From Anaerolineaceae bacterium UBA5211 (GTDB lineage: Bacteria; Chloroflexota; Anaerolineae; Anaerolineales; Anaerolineaceae): a stretch of DNA of 64,000 nucleotides. A program made the position numbers and the translations under genes. The stretch covers positions 144,080 to 208,079 of the forward strand of contig DHVJ01000015.1 in the NCBI GenBank assembly GCA_002412595.1. The letters are read 5' to 3'. Under the pieces are notes generated by a model. That model saw nothing but the letters and a program-made list of their open reading frames with translations, made no database searches and had not been told where the DNA came from. Shown piece after piece: positions 27,848 through 37,472 of this stretch. Numbering within the stretch: the first letter of the stretch is position 1; the number at the start of each line of letters is the position of its first letter.

Positions 27848-28312
27848 ATCATTTCCTTTCCAGGATGTCTTATTGTTTAATCCATTTTCAATACCGACAA
27901 ACTTAACCCGCCGGAAGGCATGTTCGGCAAGCTGGTCAGCCGCTGGCCAATCATGCCGACCCGGCTACTTCAATTTTTACTTTATCCATAACAATAAACT
28001 TCCTGTGTGAAATTAATAAAAAATCCAGCCCATGCCTGGGTGGATTGAGGTTTTCAAAATCGTAGGAATTGCTTTTTTTTAATGACATGTGTTCATCCAA
28101 TGGATCTGTTTTTTGCAAGAAGCTCGTGAATGATATAGAAAATGAACAACCCCTATGATAATACCAAAATTATTTGAATAGACAAAATCCGATAATTTCT
28201 TTGCTTTCATCGTTAAAACGCAGATCCAACCTCTTTTTTTCTTTCGAACAGCCTTTTCTATTTTTTATAGGAACATTCATAAAAATGCCATTCATGTGGT
28301 TATAATGGGGAC

Positions 28313-29341
28313 GTGAGAACTTCAAGATTTGCCATTCTGCTGCTGGGCCTGACCCTGCTGCTTAGCCTGGGCACTTCCCCTGTATCCGCCGACGACACAG
28401 CCCCCACGGGTTACGATCTGGTTGCGGCGGTGAACGCTTATCGCGCGGCCAATGGTTATTACGCTATCGGTACCAATTCGCTGGTGATGTCCGCCGCGCA
28501 GGGGCACGCCGATTGGATCGTGCAGACCGGCCAGGGCGGCCATACCGGCGCGGGCGGTAGCGACGAAACCATGCGTGTCAGTTGGACCGGCTATGGCGGC
28601 GGAGCGGAGATCAAATGCGACGAAAACTGGGCCATGGGTTCCAACGTCTCTGATGTTGTTTACAACTCCTGGAGCGACTGGACCCACCAGGAAGTCATGC
28701 TGAATTCCTGGGGCAACCGCTACACCGATATCGGCGGCGGTGTGTCCAAGTCCAGCAATGGCCTGTACGTGTTTGTGCTGGACTTGTGCCTGGTGGTGGG
28801 CCAATCTTCCGGCGGCTCTGTGCCGGACAGCACCGGTTTGACTACCTCCGGCGACGTCAGCGTGGCCGCCACGGCGGACGCATCCAACTACATCTACGGC
28901 GTGACGATTGCCACCCCGCAAGCGGACGGCTCCATCAAGCACACGGTACTGTACGGCCAATCCCTGGCCAGCATTGCGGACGCATACGGCGTGACCATCG
29001 ACCAGCTGCGTGAATTGAACGGCATGGCAGCAGACGACAGCACCATCTGGACCGAACAGGAATTAGTCATCGTGCCCGCCGGCAGTGCCACCCAGGCACC
29101 AAGCGAAGGTGAAACCGCCACAGGCGAAGAATCCGACACTGATACCACGCCCCAACCCACACCAACCATCTTCACGGCCACACTCACCCCGCGCCCCACT
29201 TCCACGCCGGGCGCCAGCCCCACCGCGCAGGCGGAATCCACGCAGAGCCCTTGGAACACCAAAACCCTGGGCATCCTGCTGCTGGTCGTCTCCGGCCTGG
29301 GCTTAGCGGCTATGTTATATTTTTCAACACCGAGGAAATAA
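28313..29341 (+). CDS. Secreted CAP(SCP)-LysM protein with C-terminal membrane anchor
   Basis: Signal peptide; VN.YR..NG, AQ.HA, ENWA, W..W.H...ML (CAP); HTV..GQSL..IA..YGV....L..LN (LysM); Thr/Pro linker; C-terminal TM. Confidence 0.85.
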   Translation: MRTSRFAILLLGLTLLLSLGTSPVSADDTAPTGYDLVAAVNAYRAANGYYAIGTNSLVMSAAQGHADWIVQTGQGGHTGAGGSDETMRVSWTGYGGGAEIKCDENWAMGSNVSDVVYNSWSDWTHQEVMLNSWGNRYTDIGGGVSKSSNGLYVFVLDLCLVVGQSSGGSVPDSTGLTTSGDVSVAATADASNYIYGVTIATPQADGSIKHTVLYGQSLASIADAYGVTIDQLRELNGMAADDSTIWTEQELVIVPAGSATQAPSEGETATGEESDTDTTPQPTPTIFTATLTPRPTSTPGASPTAQAESTQSPWNTKTLGILLLVVSGLGLAAMLYFSTPRK

Positions 29342-29411
29342 ATCGTTTAGTATTTCTAACAAGGATTTTTAGGAAATCTTACCCACCCAAAATTACCATT
29401 GGTATTTTAGA

Positions 29412-30707
29412 TCATTCTTTCAGTAGAATTTTTCTCACACTGCCTGAACCAAGAAGATCATTATATATTGAATAATTCCCTGTTTCCCAACGCACCCTGC
29501 CTGCCACAATCGCCGGGGATATATGCAACTGATTTGCAAGCTTAATCACCGAATCCGGATTCAGATCATTCAATAAACTCTTACTTTCAATATCCCAAAT
29601 TTCGTCAGGAATTAGTATTTGTCTGGTGAGTTGGTTAGCTTCAGTCTCATAATTATTAGTAGGTAAACCCTGCCCATTTTCCGTGTCATCAAAAAAGGCA
29701 AGTTGCTTATGGTCCAGATGGAGGTATAAATGGCTGAGCTCATGGATTAAAGTGAACCAGAAATTATCCAGACGATCATAACGTAGAGTCAAGGCCACAA
29801 TAGGTTCCTGATCGGGAGAGAAAAAACAGGCACCATCCAGATACGTCCTGGGCAAGCGTGCCAAGATAACCAAATGAATACCGCTGTCCAGCAGAACCTG
29901 CCGGGCCAATTCCGGACCATTGGGGAATACACTCAACCCGGCCAATTGGCGCAAAAAATCAACAGTTACGCTACCTTTTTTATACTTGCTGATTCTTTGT
30001 TCAGCACTTAGCTGGAATATACGCGCTTGCCAGGCACGCAATGCGCTTTCATCGATCACTTTCTCCCCTTCAATTTGGCTGTCTTTTTCCTGCAAAGCAC
30101 CTGGCAATGCATCACGAATATCCAGATGGCCATCAGCTTCTTTATCTTCAGTCGCCAGCGCGTGGGATGAACGGCAGAAGACCATTTGTTGTTGGAGCGG
30201 TTCGTAAGGCGCTAACAGAGCAATCAATAATTCTTCCGCTTTTTCCTTCACTTCGCGCAGATCCTTTTTCCCAGGGAAATAGCCGGCATAAAACATTTCC
30301 TTCATCGGAAATTCCGCAGGGTCATAGCACTTTTCTTCAAATTGACCACCTGATTCCCGCAGCAAAACTTCAGCCGGAATATCCAATCCTTCGTGCAAAG
30401 CCCGTATCATGGAAAGACTTAGCGATCGTTTATGATTGAGCACCTCAGAAACCTTGCTTTGGCTGCCTATGTAAGCAACCAAATCTTTTCGAGTCAGGCC
30501 TTGCTGTTCCATCCGAAATTTAATCGCTTCCACCGGATCAGGCAAATCAATCGGAAAATGCTCCTCTTCATAATGATCGATGAGAAAAGAGAGCAGGTCC
30601 AATTCCTCTTCTTCAGATGAATCAGGAGCAGCATCTATCAGTTCTTCCAGTCTTTCCAGAGCCTGTTGATAATCTTCTTCTGTACGAATTAGCTTAATCT
30701 TCATCAT
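29412..30707 (-). CDS. higA: HigA-type HTH antitoxin fused to ImmA/IrrE-like metallopeptidase
   Basis: I.TEEDY..AL..; LI..YEEEHFP...PDP.EAIKFRMEQ.GL..KDL; DGA.F; LRYDR.DNFWFTL.HELSH; E.EAN; ATGA overlap with higB. Confidence 0.88.
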   Translation of the reverse strand: MMKIKLIRTEEDYQQALERLEELIDAAPDSSEEEELDLLSFLIDHYEEEHFPIDLPDPVEAIKFRMEQQGLTRKDLVAYIGSQSKVSEVLNHKRSLSLSMIRALHEGLDIPAEVLLRESGGQFEEKCYDPAEFPMKEMFYAGYFPGKKDLREVKEKAEELLIALLAPYEPLQQQMVFCRSSHALATEDKEADGHLDIRDALPGALQEKDSQIEGEKVIDESALRAWQARIFQLSAEQRISKYKKGSVTVDFLRQLAGLSVFPNGPELARQVLLDSGIHLVILARLPRTYLDGACFFSPDQEPIVALTLRYDRLDNFWFTLIHELSHLYLHLDHKQLAFFDDTENGQGLPTNNYETEANQLTRQILIPDEIWDIESKSLLNDLNPDSVIKLANQLHISPAIVAGRVRWETGNYSIYNDLLGSGSVRKILLKE

Positions 30708-31003
30708 ATGTTCTCAGCATCTATCTTGTTATACTGCGCATGCGTCCCGATAAAGCGGATATAGACAGTACAGGTGTTATATTGCAATTTAACAACCAAC
30801 CTATATTTATTTCCCGCAATATTGAAAACAACATGGTTATTTCCTAAAAAACTGGCATTTCTATATTTTTCTTTGATATCTGAGGATGTTTTCCAGTCCG
30901 CATGTTTCGCTTCAGCAAACCAGGCTTTTAAGGGTTGTTCCGCATCACGATATTCCGGTTGTTCCCAGAAATTTATTAATGTCTTCCGCGAAATAATGCG
31001 CAT
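30704..31003 (-). CDS. higB: HigB family mRNA interferase toxin
   Basis: MRIISRKTL..FW; L.AW; VFNI.GN.YRLVV; IRFIGTH.QY.KID. Confidence 0.92.
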   Translation of the reverse strand: MRIISRKTLINFWEQPEYRDAEQPLKAWFAEAKHADWKTSSDIKEKYRNASFLGNNHVVFNIAGNKYRLVVKLQYNTCTVYIRFIGTHAQYNKIDAENI

Positions 31004-31013
31004 GTATAGCCCC

Positions 31014-31070
31014 ATAATATCCCTTTTAGGGATATTTGTCAATATCTTTATCCTTTATCGGGATATTTGT
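31014..31070 (-). promoter_or_regulatory. higBA promoter with two operator-like repeats
   Basis: TTGACA-17-TATTAT; palindrome AATATCCC-tttta-GGGATATT (31016-31036); second 19/22 copy 31 bp away (31049-31070). Confidence 0.8.
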
Positions 31071-31089
31071 TCTATAATCTAGTTGACTT

Positions 31090-31725
31090 TCATTTTACAT
31101 TCAATATTTCTCTATCCTGCAGGTCTCTTTCTAAATCTTCCGGCGTTGAAAACAGCACCGTCTGAAAACCCAACTTCTCCGCCGCCTCGGTATTGGTAGC
31201 ATGGTCATCGATAAACAAGCATTCCTCTGCCGGGAGGCCAACGCGCTCCAGTAAATATGCGAAGATAGCCGGGTCCGGCTTGATCAGACCCACTTCTGCG
31301 GAAATGATCAACTCGTCAAACCAGTCTAAAAACGCATACTTTCCGCGCACACGCGCGAATGTTTCCGCTGCCCAATTGCTGAGCACATACAAGGGATAAC
31401 CCGCGTCCCGCAGTTCTGCCAGAATAGCCACGCTTCCCTCAATTTCGCCCGCGACAGTTTCTTCCCAACGATCTTGATATGCCTGGATTGGCTGTGCGTA
31501 CTGCGGGAAACGTAGTTTTTGCTCCGCAATGGCTTGTGTGAACGAATAACCGGCATCCTGCTTGAGATTCCATTCCTGCGGACAGATTTCGGTCAGGAAA
31601 TGTTCGACTTGTTGCTCATCCCCATTAAAGTATTTACGAAACAAATGCCGTGGGTTCCAATCCAGCAGCACGCCGCCCAGGTCAAATACGATCGCCGGCT
31701 TCTTGCTTGCTTGTGTTGGTGTCAT
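31090..31725 (-). CDS. HAD family phosphatase
   Basis: FDLGGVL, LSN, KPDP.IF, FIDD...N...A..LG. Confidence 0.92.
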   Translation of the reverse strand: MTPTQASKKPAIVFDLGGVLLDWNPRHLFRKYFNGDEQQVEHFLTEICPQEWNLKQDAGYSFTQAIAEQKLRFPQYAQPIQAYQDRWEETVAGEIEGSVAILAELRDAGYPLYVLSNWAAETFARVRGKYAFLDWFDELIISAEVGLIKPDPAIFAYLLERVGLPAEECLFIDDHATNTEAAEKLGFQTVLFSTPEDLERDLQDREILNVK

Positions 31726-31726
31726 G

Positions 31727-32896
31727 TCAATCCTCTTTCGTAGATGGGTTGCTTTGAGTGGCTACGCGCCGGCCGCTGATCACCAACGACCCTACCAGCA
31801 GTGCCACCAGCAGGAAGGAAGCCCGCAGCGTAGCCTGTTCGGCCACAAAGCCGATCACCGGCGGGCCAAACAGCGAGCCGCCGTAGCCAATAGTGGCCAC
31901 GCCCGCGATGCCAACTCCGGTAGCAATGCCGGGTGTGTTGCCGGCCGCGCGGTAGATCAGCGGGATCACGTTGGACAAACCCAGCCCCACCAAAGCAAAT
32001 CCGACAATGGAAAGCAGCACGGTAGGTGAAAACACCAGCAGAAACAGTCCCAGCGCGGCTGTCAACCCACTCAGGCGCACGATGAAAGCCGGCGTGCGCC
32101 AGCGCGTGATGGTGTCACCCAGCAGTCGCCCGGCCGTCATGGTCAGCGAAAAAGCCGCGTAACCCAGCGCCGCGAAACCAGCTTCGGCCTGGAAGATGTC
32201 CGTCAGGTAAAGGCCGCTCCAGTCCGCCATGGCGCCTTCCGTCACGGAAGAACAAAAAGCTATGATGCCCAGCACCCACAGCGCGCGTTCCGGCAGGCGG
32301 AAACTCACCGTCTGGCGCACGCTGCCTGGCTGAGCTGGGATCAGGTGCGGGTAACCCAACAACATGCTCCCGCCGAAGATCAGCCCGGCCAGAGCTGTAT
32401 GCAGCGCGGGAGGGAATCCAGCTAGCCCAGCCGCGCCGGCGCTGATCAGCGATCCCACCAGCGCGCCAATGCTGTAGAAAGCGTGAAAAGAGGACATCAT
32501 CACGCGTCCATTTTGATGCTCCACCAGCACAGCCTGCTCGTTCATAGCTACATCCATGGCGCTTAAGAAAGCGCCAAACAGGAACAGCGCAATAAATAAC
32601 ACAACTGAATTGGGCGCCAACAGCAACAGCGGCAGCGTCAGGCCCATACCCAACGCACCCGCCAGGGTTACCTTGGGGCTGCCATAACGCGCGATCAATC
32701 CACCTGTCAGCGAGAGCGCGGTCAGCACGCCGAATGAAAGGCCCAGCAGTACCACGCCCAGCGCACCCTTGCTCAAGCTCAAATTGGACTGCACATATGG
32801 AATGCGCGCCACCCAGGTAGCCATCATGGCCCCGTTCGCGAAGAAAGCTGCTAAAACAGCCAACTGCGCTTTACCCCCTGAAAAAAATTTCTGCAT
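31727..32896 (-). CDS. MFS transporter (YbjJ-like)
   Basis: FFANG...ATW..RIP; DVAMN; MSSFHA.YSIG; EGA.ADW; GRL.GD; GPP.IG; about 12 TM. Confidence 0.88.
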   Translation of the reverse strand: MQKFFSGGKAQLAVLAAFFANGAMMATWVARIPYVQSNLSLSKGALGVVLLGLSFGVLTALSLTGGLIARYGSPKVTLAGALGMGLTLPLLLLAPNSVVLFIALFLFGAFLSAMDVAMNEQAVLVEHQNGRVMMSSFHAFYSIGALVGSLISAGAAGLAGFPPALHTALAGLIFGGSMLLGYPHLIPAQPGSVRQTVSFRLPERALWVLGIIAFCSSVTEGAMADWSGLYLTDIFQAEAGFAALGYAAFSLTMTAGRLLGDTITRWRTPAFIVRLSGLTAALGLFLLVFSPTVLLSIVGFALVGLGLSNVIPLIYRAAGNTPGIATGVGIAGVATIGYGGSLFGPPVIGFVAEQATLRASFLLVALLVGSLVISGRRVATQSNPSTKED

Positions 32897-32945
32897 GTAG
32901 AGTTCCTCTCGGTTCAGAATTATAGATTGCCTGGATTCAGCGTTA

Positions 32946-33713
32946 TCAGGCCTGGATCACTTGAATGCCCAGTGCGCGATAGGGTGCTAAAGTCTCCTGC
33001 GGCACTTGTTTTTCAGTGATAATATGCGTCAGATTTTCGACCGGCGCGACGATGTAAGGCGCAATAGCTCCCAGCTTATCCGCTGTCACGGTAGCCACCA
33101 CTTCGCCAGATTGCTCGATCAGCGCGCGCACCAGGTCCACTTCTTCATACAGCGTGCTGGTTATACCCACCTCCGGATGCACGCCGCACACACCCAGAAA
33201 GCAGATATCCGCCTGGAAGCAGCGGATCTTTGCCGTGGCTTCCGCGTCGCTTGTCACCAGCTCACGCTTGTTGATGCGCCCACCCACCATGATGATCTCA
33301 ATGCGCGCGTATTCGGCCAGGTATAGAGCGATCAAGGGGCTGGTGGTCACGACTGTGGCATGCAGGTTGATGGGCAGATTGCGGGCAATTTCCGCCGTAG
33401 TGGTGCCCCCGCCAATCAGGATCAACTGGTTATCCTTGACCAGGCTGCTGGCCGCCAGCGCCAACTCGGACTTGACTGCTTGTTTGCACTTGTCGCGCTC
33501 GTAATAGGGCATATTGCTGGGCGTCAGCGGCAGCGCCCCGCCGTGCACGCGCTTGAGCAAACCGGCATCCGCCAGCTCACTTAAATCACGCCGGATGGTA
33601 TCTTCCGAGACGCCGTACTGTTCGCTCAGTTCGGCCGCCACCAGCTTGCCCTTGCGGCGCAGCTCGCGCAGCATCATTTCACGTCTTTCCTGGGGCAGAT
33701 CGATTACAACCAT
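32946..33713 (-). CDS. DeoR/GlpR family transcriptional regulator
   Basis: ERR..; VSEDTIRRDL.EL; RVHGGA; GTT; ATG 33713 after GAAGGA. Confidence 0.93.
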   Translation of the reverse strand: MVVIDLPQERREMMLRELRRKGKLVAAELSEQYGVSEDTIRRDLSELADAGLLKRVHGGALPLTPSNMPYYERDKCKQAVKSELALAASSLVKDNQLILIGGGTTTAEIARNLPINLHATVVTTSPLIALYLAEYARIEIIMVGGRINKRELVTSDAEATAKIRCFQADICFLGVCGVHPEVGITSTLYEEVDLVRALIEQSGEVVATVTADKLGAIAPYIVAPVENLTHIITEKQVPQETLAPYRALGIQVIQA

Positions 33714-33750
33714 GCTTCCTTCTTTCACGCGCTTTTATGCGGTTATTTGC

Positions 33751-33779
33751 ATTTTAGTGCGTGTTTAAGAAGGTGTCAA
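33751..33779 (-). promoter_or_regulatory. sigma70 promoter of deoR gene
   Basis: TTGACA-17-TAAAAT. Confidence 0.65.
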
Positions 33780-33792
33780 GCCCGGAATGGAT

Positions 33793-34158
33793 TTATTTTT
33801 CAAGGGTTTTATAATGCAGGATGTGAACCGTCACACCCACCGCAATGCCGCCTAACAACAAGCGCAAGGCCAGTGAATCCACCACAAAAAAAATCGAGTA
33901 GAGCATGGTGGCCCACAACAGCGTCACGGAGCTGATCTTGGCAGACAACGGGATGGCCTTATATTCGCGAAAATTGCGGATGTATTCACCCAACACTTTG
34001 TGGTTAATCAGCCAGTTGTACAGCCGTTCTGACCCTCTGCAAAAACAAGCAGCCGAAAGCAGTAAAAAGGGCGTCGTCGGTAATATGGGCAGCAATATAC
34101 CTACTAAACCCAATCCCAATGAAAGGAATCCGATAATGATAAAAAATTTTTTCTTCAA
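33793..34158 (-). CDS. YbaN/DUF454 family membrane protein
   Basis: LG..G..LP.LPTTPFLLL.A.CF.R.S; G.YI.N. Confidence 0.9.
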   Translation of the reverse strand: MKKKFFIIIGFLSLGLGLVGILLPILPTTPFLLLSAACFCRGSERLYNWLINHKVLGEYIRNFREYKAIPLSAKISSVTLLWATMLYSIFFVVDSLALRLLLGGIAVGVTVHILHYKTLEK

Positions 34159-34210
34159 TGCATTTCCTTTTTAACATCACACCCTTCACGGATATGACCA
34201 TTTACAGATA

Positions 34211-35974
34211 TTATCCGGATTGCGCATTCGGCGCCAAATCCACATTGAACTGCACATCAACCAGACGCTTGTACAGGCCGTTCTCTTTCATCAACTCCTG
34301 GTGCGTGCCCTGCTCCACGATGTGGCTGCCTTCCAACACCACGATGCGGTCGGCGTTGCGGATGGTGGACAATCGATGCGCGATGATGATGACTGTGCGC
34401 CCCACCATCAGTTTGTCCAGCGCCTGCTGGATGAGCAGTTCGGTCTCGGTGTCCACCGCCGAGGTGGCTTCGTCCAAGATCAAGATGGGCGCATCCCGCA
34501 GCACCGTACGCGCGATAGCAATGCGCTGGCGCTGCCCGCCGGAAAGTTTCACGCCGCGTTCGCCGATCATGGTGTCGTAACCCTCCGGCAAGTCGTAGAT
34601 GAAGTCGTGCGCGTTGGCAACTTTGGCCGCGCGCATCATTTCTTCTTCCGTAGCATCCTGGCGCCCAAACAGGATGTTCTCGCGCACCGTGCCGTGGAAA
34701 AGGAACACGTTCTGAAGCACGATACTGATCTGTTGGCGGATGCTCTTCAAGCTCAAGTCGCGCAGGTCATACCCGTCAATTAAAATAGAGCCTTGCGTTA
34801 CATCATAAAAACGCGGGATCAGGTTGGCCAGGGTGGTTTTGCCCACGCCGGTCGGCCCGACCAGTGCCACCACCTTGCCGGCCGGTATGGTCAGGTTGAT
34901 ATCCTCCAGCACCGGAATGCCCGTGTCGTAATGGAAACTGACGTTGCGCAGCTCGATTTCCTTGGCACCCGCCAACGGCAGGTCAACTGCGTCCGGTTTC
35001 TCGACGATGTTGGGCGCTTCATTGAATAGCTGGTTAACCCGCTGCGCGCCGGCTAAGGCCTGCTGCACATTTTCCCACACCCGGCTCATCTCGCGGATGG
35101 GCTGGTACAGCAATTCCAAATAAAGGAAGAAAGCCACCAAACCATCCACTGCCAGGGTTTGGCCCAATACGAACTTGCCTCCAAAATAGATCAATACAAT
35201 AGTACCCAGCGAGGAAGCGAACTCGATCAGCGGGTGGAAGGTCGCCATCAGGCGCAGCGCGCGCATCTGCGCGCTGCGGTAGCGATCGACGTGGTAATTC
35301 ATGCGCGCCACTTCCAGGTCTTCGCGCGAGAAGGCCTGGATCTCACGCACACCCGACAGATTATCGTTCAAGACCGCGTTCAGTTCCCCTAACTTGCGTT
35401 GCCGCTCCCGGAAAGCCGGGTTGACGAATTTATTAAACCCCTGCATGGTCAGGATGATGAGCGGCACCGGGATCATGCTCAGCAGCGCCAGCGGTGCATT
35501 GATGGTGAAAAGGATAGCCAGCACACCCACCAGCGTCAGCACGTTAGCGCTCAGGTCCGGAATAGCATGCGCAATCAGGTTTTCCAGCAAGTCGGTATCG
35601 TTCACCAATTGCGACATTAAATCACCGGTTTGGGTGTTTTCGTAAAAACGCAGCGATAGGCGCTGCACGTGTTCGTACAGGTTCAGCCGCACGTCCGCCA
35701 CCACGCCCCAACCCGCGATGTGCGCCATGTAACTGCGCAGGTATTGGAACAGAATGCGCAGCAGGTAAACGCCCAACGCCATGGCCGCCAGGCGGGTAAT
35801 TTGCAGCATATCGCTTTGCGCCAGGCCGGGCGAGGAAACAATCGCTACCATTTGCTTCACCAGCCAGGGTGCAATCAACTGCACGCCCACCAGCAGCAGC
35901 ATACTGCCTACTGTCAGGAACAGCGCGCCTCTGTATTTGCGCAGATATTGATAAAGAAACCGAAATGAATTCAA
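34211..35974 (-). CDS. ABC exporter, fused permease/ATPase (MsbA-like)
   Basis: 6-TM domain; GPTGVGKT, LSGGQRQR, LDEATS, IAHRLST. TTG 35974 lies 8 nt after GGAGG (track start 35989). Confidence 0.95.
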   Translation of the reverse strand: MNSFRFLYQYLRKYRGALFLTVGSMLLLVGVQLIAPWLVKQMVAIVSSPGLAQSDMLQITRLAAMALGVYLLRILFQYLRSYMAHIAGWGVVADVRLNLYEHVQRLSLRFYENTQTGDLMSQLVNDTDLLENLIAHAIPDLSANVLTLVGVLAILFTINAPLALLSMIPVPLIILTMQGFNKFVNPAFRERQRKLGELNAVLNDNLSGVREIQAFSREDLEVARMNYHVDRYRSAQMRALRLMATFHPLIEFASSLGTIVLIYFGGKFVLGQTLAVDGLVAFFLYLELLYQPIREMSRVWENVQQALAGAQRVNQLFNEAPNIVEKPDAVDLPLAGAKEIELRNVSFHYDTGIPVLEDINLTIPAGKVVALVGPTGVGKTTLANLIPRFYDVTQGSILIDGYDLRDLSLKSIRQQISIVLQNVFLFHGTVRENILFGRQDATEEEMMRAAKVANAHDFIYDLPEGYDTMIGERGVKLSGGQRQRIAIARTVLRDAPILILDEATSAVDTETELLIQQALDKLMVGRTVIIIAHRLSTIRNADRIVVLEGSHIVEQGTHQELMKENGLYKRLVDVQFNVDLAPNAQSG

Positions 35975-36091
35975 GGGGAGAACCTCCAAACATTAATAAT
36001 TGTTAACATAAACGTGTTCATTCTACCCGAAGAGCCGACGGACGTCAGCTGCACGGAAATATTTTTAATAAAGCATCCGGTTTGGGGCAAT

Positions 36092-36123
36092 AAAAAGGGC
36101 TATCCAGGTGAATGGCAGCCCTT
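36092..36123 (-). terminator. Terminator after aroE
   Basis: Minus strand AAGGGCTGCCA...TGGATAGCCCTTTTT. Confidence 0.6.
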
Positions 36124-36168
36124 GACCAGAATTTCTGGTTACTCGATTAAGCTACCGTCCATGAAGTC

Positions 36169-37023
36169 TCACAAACCAAATTCTCTCTTCAATGTATCCA
36201 TCATCACATCCAGCGGCGCTTCCTCGCCGGTCCACAGGGTGAAGTTGAGCGCGCCCTGGTTGACCAGCATGCCCAATCCATTGATGGTCTGGGCGCCGCG
36301 CGCGGCGGCTTCCTGCAGGAACAGGCTGTTGGGATCGTTGAAGATCACGTCCGTCACGACCATATCGGGTGCGATGCTATCATAATTAATGTCCGGCTTC
36401 TGGTCCACGTTGGGGAACAACCCCACGGAAGTGGCATTGACCAGGATGTGTGTACCCTGCGGCATCGCGATAGCGCCCTGCCAGGGAATATATTCCACTG
36501 TTGCTGTAGTCTTTTCCTTTAATAACTCTACCAAAGCTTGTCCGCGCTGCGGATTAACGTTGGCGATAATGATCTTTTTTGCCCCGGCCAGCGCGCACTC
36601 CACGCTGATGGCGCGCGCCGCCCCGCCCGCGCCCAGGATCATGACTGTCTTGCCCACTGGGGAAACGCCTGCGTCTTTCAGCGAGGTCAGAAAGCCCTTG
36701 CCGTCGGTGTTCTCGCCCCACAGCTTGCCGTCGTTATTGACCACCACGTTGACCGCTTCGATGATCTCGGCCGCCGGCGATAATTCATCCAGGTATTTCA
36801 GCACTTCCACCTTGTGCGGGATGGTCAGATTGATGCCGCGCATGTTCATCGCACGCAGGCCCTGCATGGCCGCGCCCAGGTCACCTTCGTTGACCTTGAT
36901 GGTCAGGTAGCGGAAGTCCAGCCCCTTGGCTGCGAAACCGGCTTCTTCCATCACCCCGGTCGGGTTCTCGTCAATCGGGCAGCCAAACACGCCCACCAAT
37001 TCGGACCGATAATTCTTGCTCAC
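36169..37023 (-). CDS. aroE: Shikimate/quinate dehydrogenase family
   Basis: G.NLTIPHK, AVN.V, G.NTDG.GF, LGAGGAARA, NATSVG, GLGMLVNQG. Confidence 0.88.
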   Translation of the reverse strand: MSKNYRSELVGVFGCPIDENPTGVMEEAGFAAKGLDFRYLTIKVNEGDLGAAMQGLRAMNMRGINLTIPHKVEVLKYLDELSPAAEIIEAVNVVVNNDGKLWGENTDGKGFLTSLKDAGVSPVGKTVMILGAGGAARAISVECALAGAKKIIIANVNPQRGQALVELLKEKTTATVEYIPWQGAIAMPQGTHILVNATSVGLFPNVDQKPDINYDSIAPDMVVTDVIFNDPNSLFLQEAAARGAQTINGLGMLVNQGALNFTLWTGEEAPLDVMMDTLKREFGL

Positions 37024-37062
37024 GAATAATTCCTCCTATCTACCTTTAATGATTAACCCGGG

Positions 37063-37455
37063 TTATAAGCGCTGGCAGAATTCCACCCGCTCTCCATTGA
37101 GTCCACGTATGATGAAATAGCGGATGCCATTTTCCCAGAAGGGCAGCGCTTGAATGCCGTCCGTTTCCAGCGGATATTGCAGCCCATGCACCGCTGTGAA
37201 GGCCGCTTCGATATCACGTACATCCAGGCAGAAATGATTGATCGCGCCGGTTTGGCCGGCAGCCGCATCCACCTCATATACTTCTATGACCAGGTTGCCC
37301 AACTTCAGGAAGGACACAGCTTGATCTTTGGGGCCCATTTGCGTGCGCATTTCTTCCTGGAAACCCAGAGATTTGTAAAAATCCACGGTTCTTTTGAATT
37401 CCTGCGTCGGCAGCCCAAGATGCTGCAATCCGGTAATATTATCTTTTAATTCCAT
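37063..37455 (-). CDS. VOC/glyoxalase family protein
   Basis: QH.G.P.......FY..LGF; IE.Y; NHF.L.V.DI; G.NGE.VEF. Confidence 0.88.
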   Translation of the reverse strand: MELKDNITGLQHLGLPTQEFKRTVDFYKSLGFQEEMRTQMGPKDQAVSFLKLGNLVIEVYEVDAAAGQTGAINHFCLDVRDIEAAFTAVHGLQYPLETDGIQALPFWENGIRYFIIRGLNGERVEFCQRL

Positions 37456-37472
37456 AGCTCTGTTCCTTTACA

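Noticed and set aside
27905..27925. CCGGAAGG resembling the SRP RNA loop
   Set aside because: Lacks the flanking CAGG and AAGCAGC of SRP domain IV.
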